A DNA stretch of 64,000 nt from an uncultured Verrucomicrobiae bacterium (GCA_963764165.1 CAVXRD010000005.1:29651-93650); one strand, 5' to 3'. Shown: positions 18,322 through 27,107, counted from the stretch's first letter. The notes: a model not told the origin generated them from the letters alone. A program made the numbers and translations.

Positions 18322-20139
18322 ATGATCCGTGCCGAAAACCATTTTGATTTTTCGTTCCCCCGGGAAGTTGTTTGGCCGGTGCTCAGCAAAACGGATTGGC
18401 TCAATCGCGCACTCGGCTTTCCCCCCGTCAAATACGATGTCAAACCCGCCTTGGAAGGCGGGAGCCGTGTGACTGCGGCGGCCTCGGTGGGCGGGCTGAC
18501 CTTGCGCTGGCTGGAACTGCCTTTTGAATGGCTCGAGCCGGAATTTCATCGCGTCCGGCGTGTTTTCGACGGGGGTCCGTTGCGGGAAGTGGTGGCCGGC
18601 CTCGGTTTGACCTCTCTTCCGCAGGATCATTGCCGCGCCACCTTTTACTCCGAATGGACGCCGCGCGGCCTGGTGGGAAAGGCTCTGGCTCTGGTCCTGG
18701 CCAAGAAATCGCGGCGCGATCTCCAGCGCGTTCTGGCCCATGTGCAGAAATTCCTCGGCGGACGCCGGAAAATCCTGCTGCCCAGCCTTCCTTCGAGCTC
18801 TGTCCATGAAACGGCGCTGCAATCGGCATTGGCGAAGCTGGCGGAATTCGGCCAGCCCCCGGAATTGGTGGCGCGGCTGGAAAAGTTTCTGCGCGAATCG
18901 CCCGATGTGGAGATGAGCCATATTCGCGCGTTCGCGGTGGCGCGGCAATGGTCACTCGAACCGTGGGCCGTGCTGGGACTGTTTTTGCGGGCCACCCGAT
19001 GCGGATTGCTCGACTTGCGCTGGGAAGTGTTGTGCCCCAATTGCCGGTCATCCCGGCAACCGCCGATTTCGTCGCTCGCGAATATCAAGAGCGCCGCCCA
19101 TTGCGATGTGTGCGAAATCAAATTCGACGCCGAGTTCGACAAATCGGTGGAGTTGAAATTCTCGGTCAACCGATCCATTCGCGCACTCGAGGATCAAACA
19201 TTCTGCCTGGCCGGCCCCGGCGGCAAACCGCACATCCTGAGCCAGGTTTTGATTGACGCAAAAAGCGATAAACTTTGGAAATGGCCTTCCGCCAGGTATT
19301 CGCTTCGCCTGCAATCGCCCCAGGTTTCGGCGTCGGCGGTGGTTTCGCCGGAGGAATGGCCCGGACCGGGCGAGCGGTTGGTAGTTCGGTGCGATTCGGA
19401 TAAGTTCGACTTGACGCGCGAATCTGTGAAAACGAGTGAAGCGCGTGAAGCCCGTCTCATCAATCCTTCGGCGTTTCCCATTCAAGTGAGCTGGCATCAG
19501 CTTAGCTGGAGCGAAGATGTGTTGACAGCGGCCCGCGTTTCCAACTGGCAGGAATTTCGCGAGCTGTTTGCCAGCGAAGTCATTTCGCCCAGCGAGCGGG
19601 TGACGGTGGGTTCGCAAGTGGTCATGTTCACGGATTTGCGCGGTTCGACAGCGCTTTATCATTCGATGGGCGATGCCGCGGCTTACAGTCTGGTGCGAAA
19701 CCATTTCGCTGTATTAACGCGCGTGATCGGAACGCATCACGGCGCGGTGGTCAAGACGATTGGCGATGCGGTCATGGCCAGTTTCAGCCGCGTGGATGAA
19801 GCTCTGCAAGCCGTGAAGCTCGCCTTCGAGCAATTGCCCGGCGCGAACCCCGGCCTCGCTGCGCCGCTGATTCTAAAAACGAGCCTGCACGTCGGCCCTT
19901 GCCTCGCTGTCAATGCGAATGACAAGCTGGATTACTTCGGCACCGCGGTGAATCTCGCGGCTCGGATGGTCGAATGCTGCGACGGCGGAGATTTAACTGT
20001 GTCCGACGATTTTTTCCAGCGCCCGGAAACCGCGCAATTTCTGGAAGGCCACAAAGCCGTTCCCGTAAGCTCGGAAATGCGCTTTCGCGGGTTCAATTCT
20101 CCTCACCGCGTGTGGAAAATCCGGATGGGGAAGGATTGA
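18322..20139 (+). CDS. Class III adenylate/guanylate cyclase with SRPBCC-like and DUF5939-like (CxxC) N-terminal domains
   Basis: MFTDLRGST, VKTIGDAVMA, DYFGTAVNLAARM; CPNC...HCDVC cluster. Confidence 0.9.
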   Translation: MIRAENHFDFSFPREVVWPVLSKTDWLNRALGFPPVKYDVKPALEGGSRVTAAASVGGLTLRWLELPFEWLEPEFHRVRRVFDGGPLREVVAGLGLTSLPQDHCRATFYSEWTPRGLVGKALALVLAKKSRRDLQRVLAHVQKFLGGRRKILLPSLPSSSVHETALQSALAKLAEFGQPPELVARLEKFLRESPDVEMSHIRAFAVARQWSLEPWAVLGLFLRATRCGLLDLRWEVLCPNCRSSRQPPISSLANIKSAAHCDVCEIKFDAEFDKSVELKFSVNRSIRALEDQTFCLAGPGGKPHILSQVLIDAKSDKLWKWPSARYSLRLQSPQVSASAVVSPEEWPGPGERLVVRCDSDKFDLTRESVKTSEAREARLINPSAFPIQVSWHQLSWSEDVLTAARVSNWQEFRELFASEVISPSERVTVGSQVVMFTDLRGSTALYHSMGDAAAYSLVRNHFAVLTRVIGTHHGAVVKTIGDAVMASFSRVDEALQAVKLAFEQLPGANPGLAAPLILKTSLHVGPCLAVNANDKLDYFGTAVNLAARMVECCDGGDLTVSDDFFQRPETAQFLEGHKAVPVSSEMRFRGFNSPHRVWKIRMGKD

Positions 20140-20168
20140 ATCTGGATGTGCATATAATCTCGAAAAAC

Positions 20169-20249
20169 CCGCTACACCCGCTACATCGTTGATTATCAAC
20201 TAGATAAACCGCTACATTTGCCGCTACAGGGCCGCTACAAACCGCTACA
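20169..20249 (+). repeat. Cluster of six CCGCTACA octamers around a GTTGATTATCAAC palindrome
   Basis: Copies start at 20169, 20178, 20209, 20221, 20232 and 20242; palindrome at 20188-20200. Confidence 0.9.
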
Positions 20250-20419
20250 TTCCGGGCGAGGGGATCCAGTTGAGTGAAACAATGTGCTTTCCATGGCATC
20301 CTTTGACACCCGGCAACCACCGTCCAAACCTCGCGAAAAACCAAGGGTGCAATAGGGTGCAATAGCCTGCAACGCCCCGATAACGATTTACTTAGCCGGA
20401 GCCATGGAGTTCATTTCAC

Positions 20420-20567
20420 GGGGGAGCACGCCCGCCCCCGGGTGTGGACGACTGGCGCCTCGCCAGTCGCCATTGGCAAATTCGTCGACCCAAACAATTC
20501 AGGCATTGAATGTGTTCCGCGAGGGCGCGGAACACTGCATACCGCCTAGACGGGTCGTGCGCCCCCC
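20420..20567. repeat. Degenerate REP-like composite palindrome
   Basis: Outer GGGGGAGCACGCCCG...CGGGTCGTGCGCCCCCC with inner hairpins CGACTGGCGCCTCGCCAGTCG and TGTTCCGCGAGGGCGCGGAACA. Confidence 0.6.
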
Positions 20568-20730
20568 AATCCAACTGCATCGTTCCGACTAAGCCCCGAG
20601 TCAGAGACTCCTGTTTTTTTTGAATTTTCAAAGAACACGCCCTGAGGGCGACAGGGGGAAAAATAAGCCCAAAAATCTTTTTTGTCAATTATGCTTGCAG
20701 TTACACGGTTATGTGGTATTTAGTGGGCGT

Positions 20731-21840
20731 ATGACAACCGTATCATCGATTGTTCAGCCGGGGCCAGAGGCGAAAACAGCGCCGGGGGCGGCGGGCCAGG
20801 AGTGCTGCGGGCCGACCGGCCGCGCCCGCACCAGCAAGATCGCGCGCCTGCCCGCCGATATCCGCGCTGAATTGAACGAGCGGCTTCTGGAGGCGGAGCC
20901 GCCTGCCGCCATTCTGGAATGGCTCAACGGCTTGTCGGAGGTGCAGCGCGTGCTGGCGCAATCTTTTGACTCCCAGCCCATCACGGAAGTCAACCTCTCG
21001 CGCTGGCGCCAGGGCGGTTACGCCGGGTGGCTGGAGCAGCGGAACACGCAGGAGGCGGTGGAAGCCGTGGCCACGGCCGCCGCCGGGGTGAAAGGTCCGG
21101 CGGCGGAAAATCTCAACCGGCATCTGGCGGTCGTATTGAGCGCGCGGCTGTTCGTGGAGATGCAGCGCTGCGGGGCCATGCCCGAAGGGCCGGACAAAAC
21201 GGCGTCGCTGCACAAATTGGTGATGTCCTACGCCCTGCTGCGCCGGGCCGAGTATTATGGCGAGAAGGTGCGGCTCGACCGGGAAAAGCTGAAAATGCTG
21301 GAGGAGCGCCTGCGGCAAGAGGCGGAAAAAAACCGCAAGCGCTCGCCCGAGGAACAGGAGGACCGCATCAACAAAATCCTGGGCACAGGCCGCTTCGCCG
21401 CCAACTGGAACAACGACCTAAGACGATGGGAAGGTCCGGGAGCGGCGATGCGGTATGAGGAGGAGGAAGTCACCCTCCAGGTGCGGACGGAAATGAAGCG
21501 GCGCTATCCGAATGGCTTCCCGGAAGGCTACCGCCCTCCCTACGGCGACCCGCTGCCGGTTTACCCCAAGCTCGTTGACACACCAAAGAGTGTCAATCAT
21601 TCAGCGCAGACGCCTAGTGTTCCAGCGCGCAGCGATAGCGACAGCCCGCCCAACAATTCCGTTGGGAACGAGGAACGTGCATCCGCCCCAAGGCAGCGGA
21701 CAGAACAGGAGCCAGCACGAGTGGATGTTGGGCGGCAACCGACAAATGAACACCTTGTCACGATGACGCCTGCGCATGGGGTCGGGCAAACGCATCCAAA
21801 CCGAATCCCGGAGGGATGTCAGATTGCAGCCGGTGGTTGA
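20731..21840 (+). CDS. Hypothetical protein with DUF3486/Mu Gp27-like N-terminal HTH region
   Basis: SKIARLPADIRAELNERL...ILEWLN...NLSRWRQGGY; coiled coil; low-complexity tail ending inside a REP arm. Confidence 0.6.
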   Translation: MTTVSSIVQPGPEAKTAPGAAGQECCGPTGRARTSKIARLPADIRAELNERLLEAEPPAAILEWLNGLSEVQRVLAQSFDSQPITEVNLSRWRQGGYAGWLEQRNTQEAVEAVATAAAGVKGPAAENLNRHLAVVLSARLFVEMQRCGAMPEGPDKTASLHKLVMSYALLRRAEYYGEKVRLDREKLKMLEERLRQEAEKNRKRSPEEQEDRINKILGTGRFAANWNNDLRRWEGPGAAMRYEEEEVTLQVRTEMKRRYPNGFPEGYRPPYGDPLPVYPKLVDTPKSVNHSAQTPSVPARSDSDSPPNNSVGNEERASAPRQRTEQEPARVDVGRQPTNEHLVTMTPAHGVGQTHPNRIPEGCQIAAGG

Positions 21841-22041
21841 GCGGCAGCGACACCACCGGAAACAAATGCCAAAAATCCCCTCGGACCCTGGAAGGCGTCC
21901 CAGCTCCGTCCAAATACCGGCGCCGCATTTGACATCCGATGCTGGCACCCACTTCCGGGGTGCATTCCGATTTCTAAATTGTTATCCGGTGGTGTCGCTG
22001 ACGCTCAACCACCGGCTACAATCTCGGATGCCTCCGGCATC
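21805..22041. repeat. Intact REPIN-like doublet (family A)
   Basis: Arm 21805-21860 (AGCCGGTGGTTGAGCGGCAGCGACACCACCGGA) is inverted at 21985-22041; inner short hairpins. Confidence 0.88.
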
Positions 22042-22114
22042 ACGGACGGAAACCGCCGAGGCTTAGATGCGTTTGCCCTTTGCCCTTTGCGTTGAAATTC
22101 TTACCGCCTGCAAA

Positions 22115-22215
22115 GCGGCTTTTACGGTCCCGGCGCGAGCGGCGGGAATGGCAGCGGATGAAGACTGATTCCCATTTCCGGATACGAAAGTATCAAAAGT
22201 GAGGACTGAAGCCGG
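22115..22215 (+). repeat. 101-bp direct repeat L, copy 1
   Basis: Aligns without gaps to 23477-23577, 7 mismatches by hand count. Confidence 0.93.
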
Positions 22216-22277
22216 TGCGGCCGAGCTTCCAAGAAAAGCGACTCGCCTTTGCTGGTTGCGTGAGACATATTGGTGAT

Positions 22278-22508
22278 ATGGAAGCGACTCTTTTAGAGGC
22301 TCAGAAGCTGCGCCCCGAAATCATCCAGCGCATTGAAGCGATGGATGACGAGAGCTTGCTGTTACTTCACCGCCTTTTGTTGCATTTGGAAAAGGAGCGG
22401 CTGTGGCGCGAGTTGTCAGCGGAAGCCGAGGCAGACCGCCGTTCGGGAAAATTTGACCGATTGTCCGACCTCGTCCGCGAGGCGCGCGCCGAATTGCGCA
22501 AGGGATGA
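22278..22508 (+). CDS. Putative antitoxin, 76 aa
   Basis: Small helical charged ORF with ATGA overlap to a PIN-type remnant. Confidence 0.65.
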   Translation: MEATLLEAQKLRPEIIQRIEAMDDESLLLLHRLLLHLEKERLWRELSAEAEADRRSGKFDRLSDLVREARAELRKG

Positions 22509-22657
22509 TTGTCTGCCTTGACACCAACACAGTGGTGCAAGCGCTGGCTGAGGGGCATCCTTATCATCCGATTGTGGTTTACAAGCCGCAGCCCATCACG
22601 CCTGGCGAATTCATCTCAAAATTCGTCACAGGCGCTTCGCCCGGTTCGGCCAAATAA
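22505..22657 (+). pseudogene. PIN-domain toxin remnant with large in-frame internal deletion
   Basis: Hand translation MIVCLDTNTVVQALAEGHPYHPIVVYKPQPITPGEFISKF...*: PIN start (LDTN) joined directly to a PIN end (ITPxEF); only 50 aa. Confidence 0.75.
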
Positions 22658-22762
22658 TGGGCTTCGATGCCTGCGGCTTTGGGGGCGAAAACTTCCGAAA
22701 TTCCGATGCGTCTGCCCTGTGCGGGCAATGGGACTTCCCGGGTGGAGTGAATGCGCGCTCGT

Positions 22763-23448
22763 CAATCCCAAGGGGATTGAATCATTCAGCCCAGGGTTGG
22801 CCGATTCAGAGAGGGCTACCCTGGGAAGGCGTTCGCAGCCACAACCCTGAAAGGAGTTGCATCAATCCCACACATACCGTTCGTCAAACGCGATTTGGTA
22901 ACGCCGCAGCAATGCTCTGAATTCATCCTGAAACGAAGTCTTCCGATGATGCTCCTCCTGGCCAGCAGTGCAGGCCCGCACCGACTCGATTTGTGAAAAG
23001 CCGATGGAAAAAATGCCATAGCCATTCTGCCATGCAAAATCCTGCAAATCGGTGCATTTGGCTTTTAGCCACAGGGATGAGCCTCGCTTGGACTCCTTGA
23101 CCATGGCCGCCGCTTCACAAGTGCGCGCCAGCACACAGAGGATATGAATATGATCCTCCACTCCGCCGACGATGATGAGCTGGCAATCAAGCTGGGCCAG
23201 AATCCCGCCAACGTATCGATGCAACTCCTGGCGCAACGTGGAGTCGCGCAGGAAGGGGCGGCGATCCTTGGTGGAAAACACCGTGTGAACCAAAATCTTG
23301 GCCAGCGATTGCGGCATGGCGTCAGGATGCGCAAAGGCCGGTTTTGATTCAACCCATTCTGGGTTGGGATTTTATTGCGGTTAACCCAGGGTAGCCCTCT
23401 TGGAATCGGGCAACCCCGGGCTACATGATTTCAATCCCGTTGGGATTG
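22763..23448. mobile_element. IS200-like/REP-associated tyrosine transposase unit bounded by ~100-bp inverted REP arms (family B)
   Basis: 22763-22864 (CAATCCCAAGGGGATTG...GAGGGCTACCCTGGG) is an inverted homologue of 23345-23448. Confidence 0.85.
22862..23317 (-). CDS. tnpA: IS200/IS605-family Y1 HUH transposase, catalytic Tyr replaced by Cys
   Basis: HTVFSTKDR, EDHIH (HUH), FAWQNGYG; VRACTAGQEEHH where the family has YIxxQ. Confidence 0.9.
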   Translation of the reverse strand: MPQSLAKILVHTVFSTKDRRPFLRDSTLRQELHRYVGGILAQLDCQLIIVGGVEDHIHILCVLARTCEAAAMVKESKRGSSLWLKAKCTDLQDFAWQNGYGIFSIGFSQIESVRACTAGQEEHHRKTSFQDEFRALLRRYQIAFDERYVWD

Positions 23449-23476
23449 CTGGGCGGGCTGCAAGCAGTAACACGAC

Positions 23477-23577
23477 GCGGTTTTTACGGCCCCGGCGCGA
23501 GCGGCGGGAATGGCAGCGGATGAAGACTGATTCCCATTTCCGGATACAAACGTGTCAAAAGCGAGGACTGACGCCGG
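23477..23577 (+). repeat. 101-bp direct repeat L, copy 2
   Basis: See 22115-22215. Confidence 0.93.
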
Positions 23578-23604
23578 CACCCCAAGTTTTTGAGCTAACG
23601 CAAT

Positions 23605-24771
23605 TTAAGCTAGCTTAGTAAGTTTTTCAAATTCTAACGCAATCTCAGCTGGGTTAGGCACATTGGCAAGAGTAATCATCACGTTAGCTTCATATTTTTC
23701 GCCCCTTCGTTCGGCTTCTAGGACTTTGGAGATTTCGGCATCGACAGTGCCAGGAATGCCTTCAATTTTCTGAATCGAATCCTTGGAAAACTCAGAAATC
23801 AGATGCAGCAAGCGTTCGCATTCAGGTCTAGTATCCGCACAATTAAACTCAATCGTCCATTCAAGGAGAGCTTTCCGAATTCGAGCGAGGCGTTGGGCAA
23901 CATAGAGAAGATGTTCCGGATCGCCGGCTTCGCCAGGCTTGCCTAGTGCTTCCTTCAAGGCGATATTCATCAATTTCCCCCAAGAATCGACCAAAGCTGC
24001 GATTTGACCATATTTCGCGATAATCCATTGAGACAATACATATAAATCTTCGAGCTTTTGGACGGAGGCCAATTTAAGACCATACTGTAAATCCCATTTG
24101 AATTGTCGATCACGAGCCATCTCGTCCAACAATACCGAGCTAAAGAAAAAGAATTCCCACCCTTTTGGACGCTCCATGAGCAGCTTTAAAGACTTTCCAG
24201 AAAGTGAGAGCAATGGTTCGGAAAGTTTAAGCGCTTGAACCTTCTCGAGAAGCACTAATCCCTCCATAAATAAGTATCCGAGTTGACTGCGAAGCGTTCC
24301 AGTGATGTGAATAACCTCTTCAAACTCAAAAACCCAATGATTCTTGGAGCTTCGTAAAGTTTCAATAAATTCAAATACCTTTGTTGTATCCACTCTACTA
24401 GAGTAATCAGAATTCGGATTCGCCTTCCAAATAGGCAGAATGTTTAGGATTTCTTTTAAGACGAAAACAAATATAGGTATTCCCTTTGCCCTGGCCTCAA
24501 GATACTCTAGGTTCGTGATGGATTTACCTGTTTCGTTTGTTGAGCCATACCGAGCACCTACTATTAGCACGAAAATATCAGCCTTCTCTCTCACCGCACG
24601 CAAACAATTCTCAACCGGACTGATATGTGGGGTAACAGGAAACGCTGGTGTTTCAGAAAGAATGGGATCGAAACCCATGTCGATCAAAAATCTCCGCATA
24701 TCAGCACGGACTTGATTGAGATCAAAACAAGTCGAGCTGACGAAAGCTGTTGGTGCATATCCTTTCGGCAT
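23605..24771 (-). CDS. DUF4062 (TIR-like/nucleoside deoxyribosyltransferase-like fold) protein with helical C-terminal domain
   Basis: FVSSTCFDL, DIFVLIVGARYGS, SITNLEYLEA, GIPIFVF; AT-rich. Confidence 0.88.
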   Translation of the reverse strand: MPKGYAPTAFVSSTCFDLNQVRADMRRFLIDMGFDPILSETPAFPVTPHISPVENCLRAVREKADIFVLIVGARYGSTNETGKSITNLEYLEARAKGIPIFVFVLKEILNILPIWKANPNSDYSSRVDTTKVFEFIETLRSSKNHWVFEFEEVIHITGTLRSQLGYLFMEGLVLLEKVQALKLSEPLLSLSGKSLKLLMERPKGWEFFFFSSVLLDEMARDRQFKWDLQYGLKLASVQKLEDLYVLSQWIIAKYGQIAALVDSWGKLMNIALKEALGKPGEAGDPEHLLYVAQRLARIRKALLEWTIEFNCADTRPECERLLHLISEFSKDSIQKIEGIPGTVDAEISKVLEAERRGEKYEANVMITLANVPNPAEIALEFEKLTKLA

Positions 24772-24863
24772 AGTGTTGGGTAACAGATCGCCCTTGCTCT
24801 GTCGATTCGAGATTTTATCTCGCAGGCATTAGTCCGCCGCACCACTCGCGTGCAGGAGTGCAC

Positions 24864-24917
24864 GTGTCACTCATTAGGGCGTTATGTCAACAGATAAAAC
24901 GCCCTAATGGGTGACAC
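24864..24917. repeat. 54-bp hairpin between the SIR2 and DUF4062 genes
   Basis: GTGTCACTCATTAGGGCGTT...AACGCCCTAATGGGTGACAC, 20-bp stem with one mismatch. Confidence 0.85.
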
Positions 24918-24924
24918 TGGCGCC

Positions 24925-26124
24925 TTATGGGGCAACCTCATTCATCTCTTTCTTGATGAATTCGCTAAAATCGCTGACAACCTTAATATCGTCAGCCTTT
25001 TTGTACATATTTGGCGCAACCTCCTTGAGCATCTCATTTAGGTAATACGCTGGACTGCTCGGAGTCTGCCTCCAGTTCGCACTTAGAGGATTTGCCATAA
25101 CAACTTCGACCTGGGAACCCTTCCCATCGAACAGATATTCCAAACCACCTTTCAAAAATGGATGAACAGATAGACCGACAAACGATATTTTCCTTGCCGC
25201 TTCAATTTCTCGTTTCGCTCTTTCCCATATGCCCTTAAATAAGGTGTATGTCGTTCGGTTTTGCATGAAAAATTTATCTAATCCGATAAATTGTTTTTTC
25301 TCAAGTATCTCCCACGGGAATATAATTGGAGGTACGAATTTCGCCCCGTCGGCTTCAAATAGTGCCTTCGCTCTATCATGCTCGTTTGCTTCAAATAACG
25401 TCCCATACTTCGCCTCGGAACCCCTTGCACCATGCTCGCATATAGTGCCGTGAAGTTGAAGAACACAAAAGCTCTGATTAGGTGAATCATTACTAAGCCA
25501 TTCACGATCCAATGGTGAATAAAATCCACTTGTGACTGCATTTAATTGAATTTCATGTTGCTTATGAGCTGCCATAGCATCCGAGTCCACTATCGCCGCA
25601 GGGCCGCCATGTTCACAAACGTATCGTCGAATGGTTAAGGCACGATGTAGCAAATACTCAAGATAAGGATCATAGTTGTATGTAAGAATTGTTATATCCT
25701 CTCGAAGTTTCGCAAGATCTTCCTTAAATAGAGCCTGCATGAATGGATAATAGTCCGATTTCTCGAAATTGTCCTCGGGGTTGAATATGCCCAATGCCGC
25801 TCTTACAAAAGTTCTAAGTCCGTTGATTTTATGCTGATAACTAGGCGTCTTGTCTGCGAGTTTGCAAAATTCATCCAATGTCGCAAAACCACCGGTCCTA
25901 AACAGCTTTAGTGCCTCTTCGTGTATGTTCCAAAACGGTATTCCTTTATTCAAAATCGAGCCCTGGGGTAACTTACGGTCTTCTTCGTATTTTAGCAGAG
26001 CTTCCTCCCAATGTTTCTTCGATGACATTAGAAGCCTCAATCCGTTCGCGAGTGGATACCCCGAGCTCACAGAGGCTCCAGCGCCAAGGAAAATAACGTG
26101 TTTGCCGTACTTGCCGTTTGCCAT
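24925..26124 (-). CDS. SIR2-like (SIR2_2) domain protein, candidate NADase defence effector
   Basis: FLGAGAS..GYP, TYNYD, QLHG, IIFP, FVGLS motifs; AT-rich. Confidence 0.85.
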   Translation of the reverse strand: MANGKYGKHVIFLGAGASVSSGYPLANGLRLLMSSKKHWEEALLKYEEDRKLPQGSILNKGIPFWNIHEEALKLFRTGGFATLDEFCKLADKTPSYQHKINGLRTFVRAALGIFNPEDNFEKSDYYPFMQALFKEDLAKLREDITILTYNYDPYLEYLLHRALTIRRYVCEHGGPAAIVDSDAMAAHKQHEIQLNAVTSGFYSPLDREWLSNDSPNQSFCVLQLHGTICEHGARGSEAKYGTLFEANEHDRAKALFEADGAKFVPPIIFPWEILEKKQFIGLDKFFMQNRTTYTLFKGIWERAKREIEAARKISFVGLSVHPFLKGGLEYLFDGKGSQVEVVMANPLSANWRQTPSSPAYYLNEMLKEVAPNMYKKADDIKVVSDFSEFIKKEMNEVAP

Positions 26125-26275
26125 AAACAACGAGTCAACAAGTTACTCCCGAGAATGTCCAGCGAGAATTTGAGAATGGGCATACTCCCCGGAGGAGCGA
26201 GTAAAGATTTTTACGCCCTCTGCCTCACGTACCAACATTCAGAGAACGGGAGTTATGATGCAATGCAGCGTCACC

Positions 26276-26353
26276 CCTCACTTTTTGCACAAATGAGACC
26301 GGCTGGAATTTCGGCGGCTCCAAGAGGAGTTCCCGCCTTCGCCAAGGCTACGG
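26276..26353 (+). repeat. ~78-bp direct repeat R, copy 1
   Basis: CCTCACTTTTTGC..AAATGAGACCGGCTGGAATTT..GGCGGCTCCAAGAGGAGTTCCCGCCTTCGC..A..GCTACGG, repeated at 27029-27107. Confidence 0.93.
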
Positions 26354-26452
26354 CGCGACAAGTCCGCGGTCGCGCTTTTCGCGTTTTGGGCGGGCTAAAG
26401 TCGAAAGTATTGTCTGTCCGCCAGTGCTGAGATGTGGTAGGCATGAACAGAT

Positions 26453-26677
26453 ATGGATTACCGAAAGATTATCACCATTGAGGCTGGCAAGCGCGGCGGG
26501 CGTCCGTGCATTCGGAGGATGCGGATTGCCGTGGCCGACGTGCTGGGCTGGCTGGCCGCGGGGATGACGCACGCTGAAATCATTGGCGACTTTCCTGAAT
26601 TGACGGAGGAAGACATTCGGGCATGCCTCGAATACGCCGCTGAACGTGAACGCCGCCTTGTCACTGTGGCCGAATGA
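26453..26677 (+). CDS. DUF433-family antitoxin
   Basis: GKRGGRPCIRRMRIAVADVLGWLAAGMTHAEIIGDFPELTEEDIRACLEYAA. Confidence 0.93.
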   Translation: MDYRKIITIEAGKRGGRPCIRRMRIAVADVLGWLAAGMTHAEIIGDFPELTEEDIRACLEYAAERERRLVTVAE

Positions 26678-27005
26678 AGCTGCTCTTCGACCAGAACTTG
26701 AGTTCAAATTGGCGAAGAAGCTGGGGGATATATTCCCAGAGTCGGAACAAGTGAGATTGGTCGGAATGCATGAAGCCGGGGACGACGAAATTTGGGAATA
26801 CGCGCGGGTGCATGGGTTCACAGTGGTTTCGAAGGATTCAGACTTCGACGAACGCAGCGCATTGCTCGGGCATCCGCCCAAGGTCGTATGGTTGCGGTGC
26901 GGCAACCAAACGACGGCGCGCATAGAACAGTTGATTCGCTTGCGCCTGAACGAGATTCGCAGCTTTGAGTTGAACGAAACGGCAGGCTGCATTGAAATTT
27001 ACTAG
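26674..27005 (+). pseudogene. DUF5615/PIN-like toxin, frameshifted after codon ~10
   Basis: ATG 26674 gives MKLLFDQNLS then stops early; the rest (FKLAKKL..DDEIWEYA..SKDSDF..PPKVVWLRCGN) is in another frame; AGTTCAAA is one base short. Confidence 0.85.
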
Positions 27006-27028
27006 CCAAAGTGGCGTGCCATGCAGGT

Positions 27029-27107
27029 CCTCACTTTTTGCGCTAAATGAGACCGGCTGGAATTTTGGCGGCTCCAAGAGGAGTTCCCGCCTTCGCTAAA
27101 GCTACGG
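27029..27107 (+). repeat. ~78-bp direct repeat R, copy 2
   Basis: See 26276-26353. Confidence 0.93.

Noticed and set aside
20169..20249. CCGCTACA repeats as a CRISPR array
   Set aside because: Repeats are 8 bp with mostly 1-4 bp gaps, and there are no cas genes
23605..26124. Calling the pair canonical Thoeris (thsA/thsB)
   Set aside because: No recognisable SLOG or Macro domain on the SIR2 protein, and the partner is DUF4062 rather than a ThsB TIR
26131..26150. GAGTCAACAAGTTACTCCC as a possible IS1595-like end
   Set aside because: Resemblance is from memory only; no partner end or transposase found
26646..27005. 119 aa ORF as an intact gene
   Set aside because: Its N-terminus is off-frame sequence; the true start MKLLFDQNLS at 26674 is in another frame, so it is treated as a frameshifted toxin
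22115..27107. Classical integron cassette array
   Set aside because: No IntI-like gene and no RYYYAAC...GTTRRRY attC boundaries found; repeats L and R face each other rather than running in one direction
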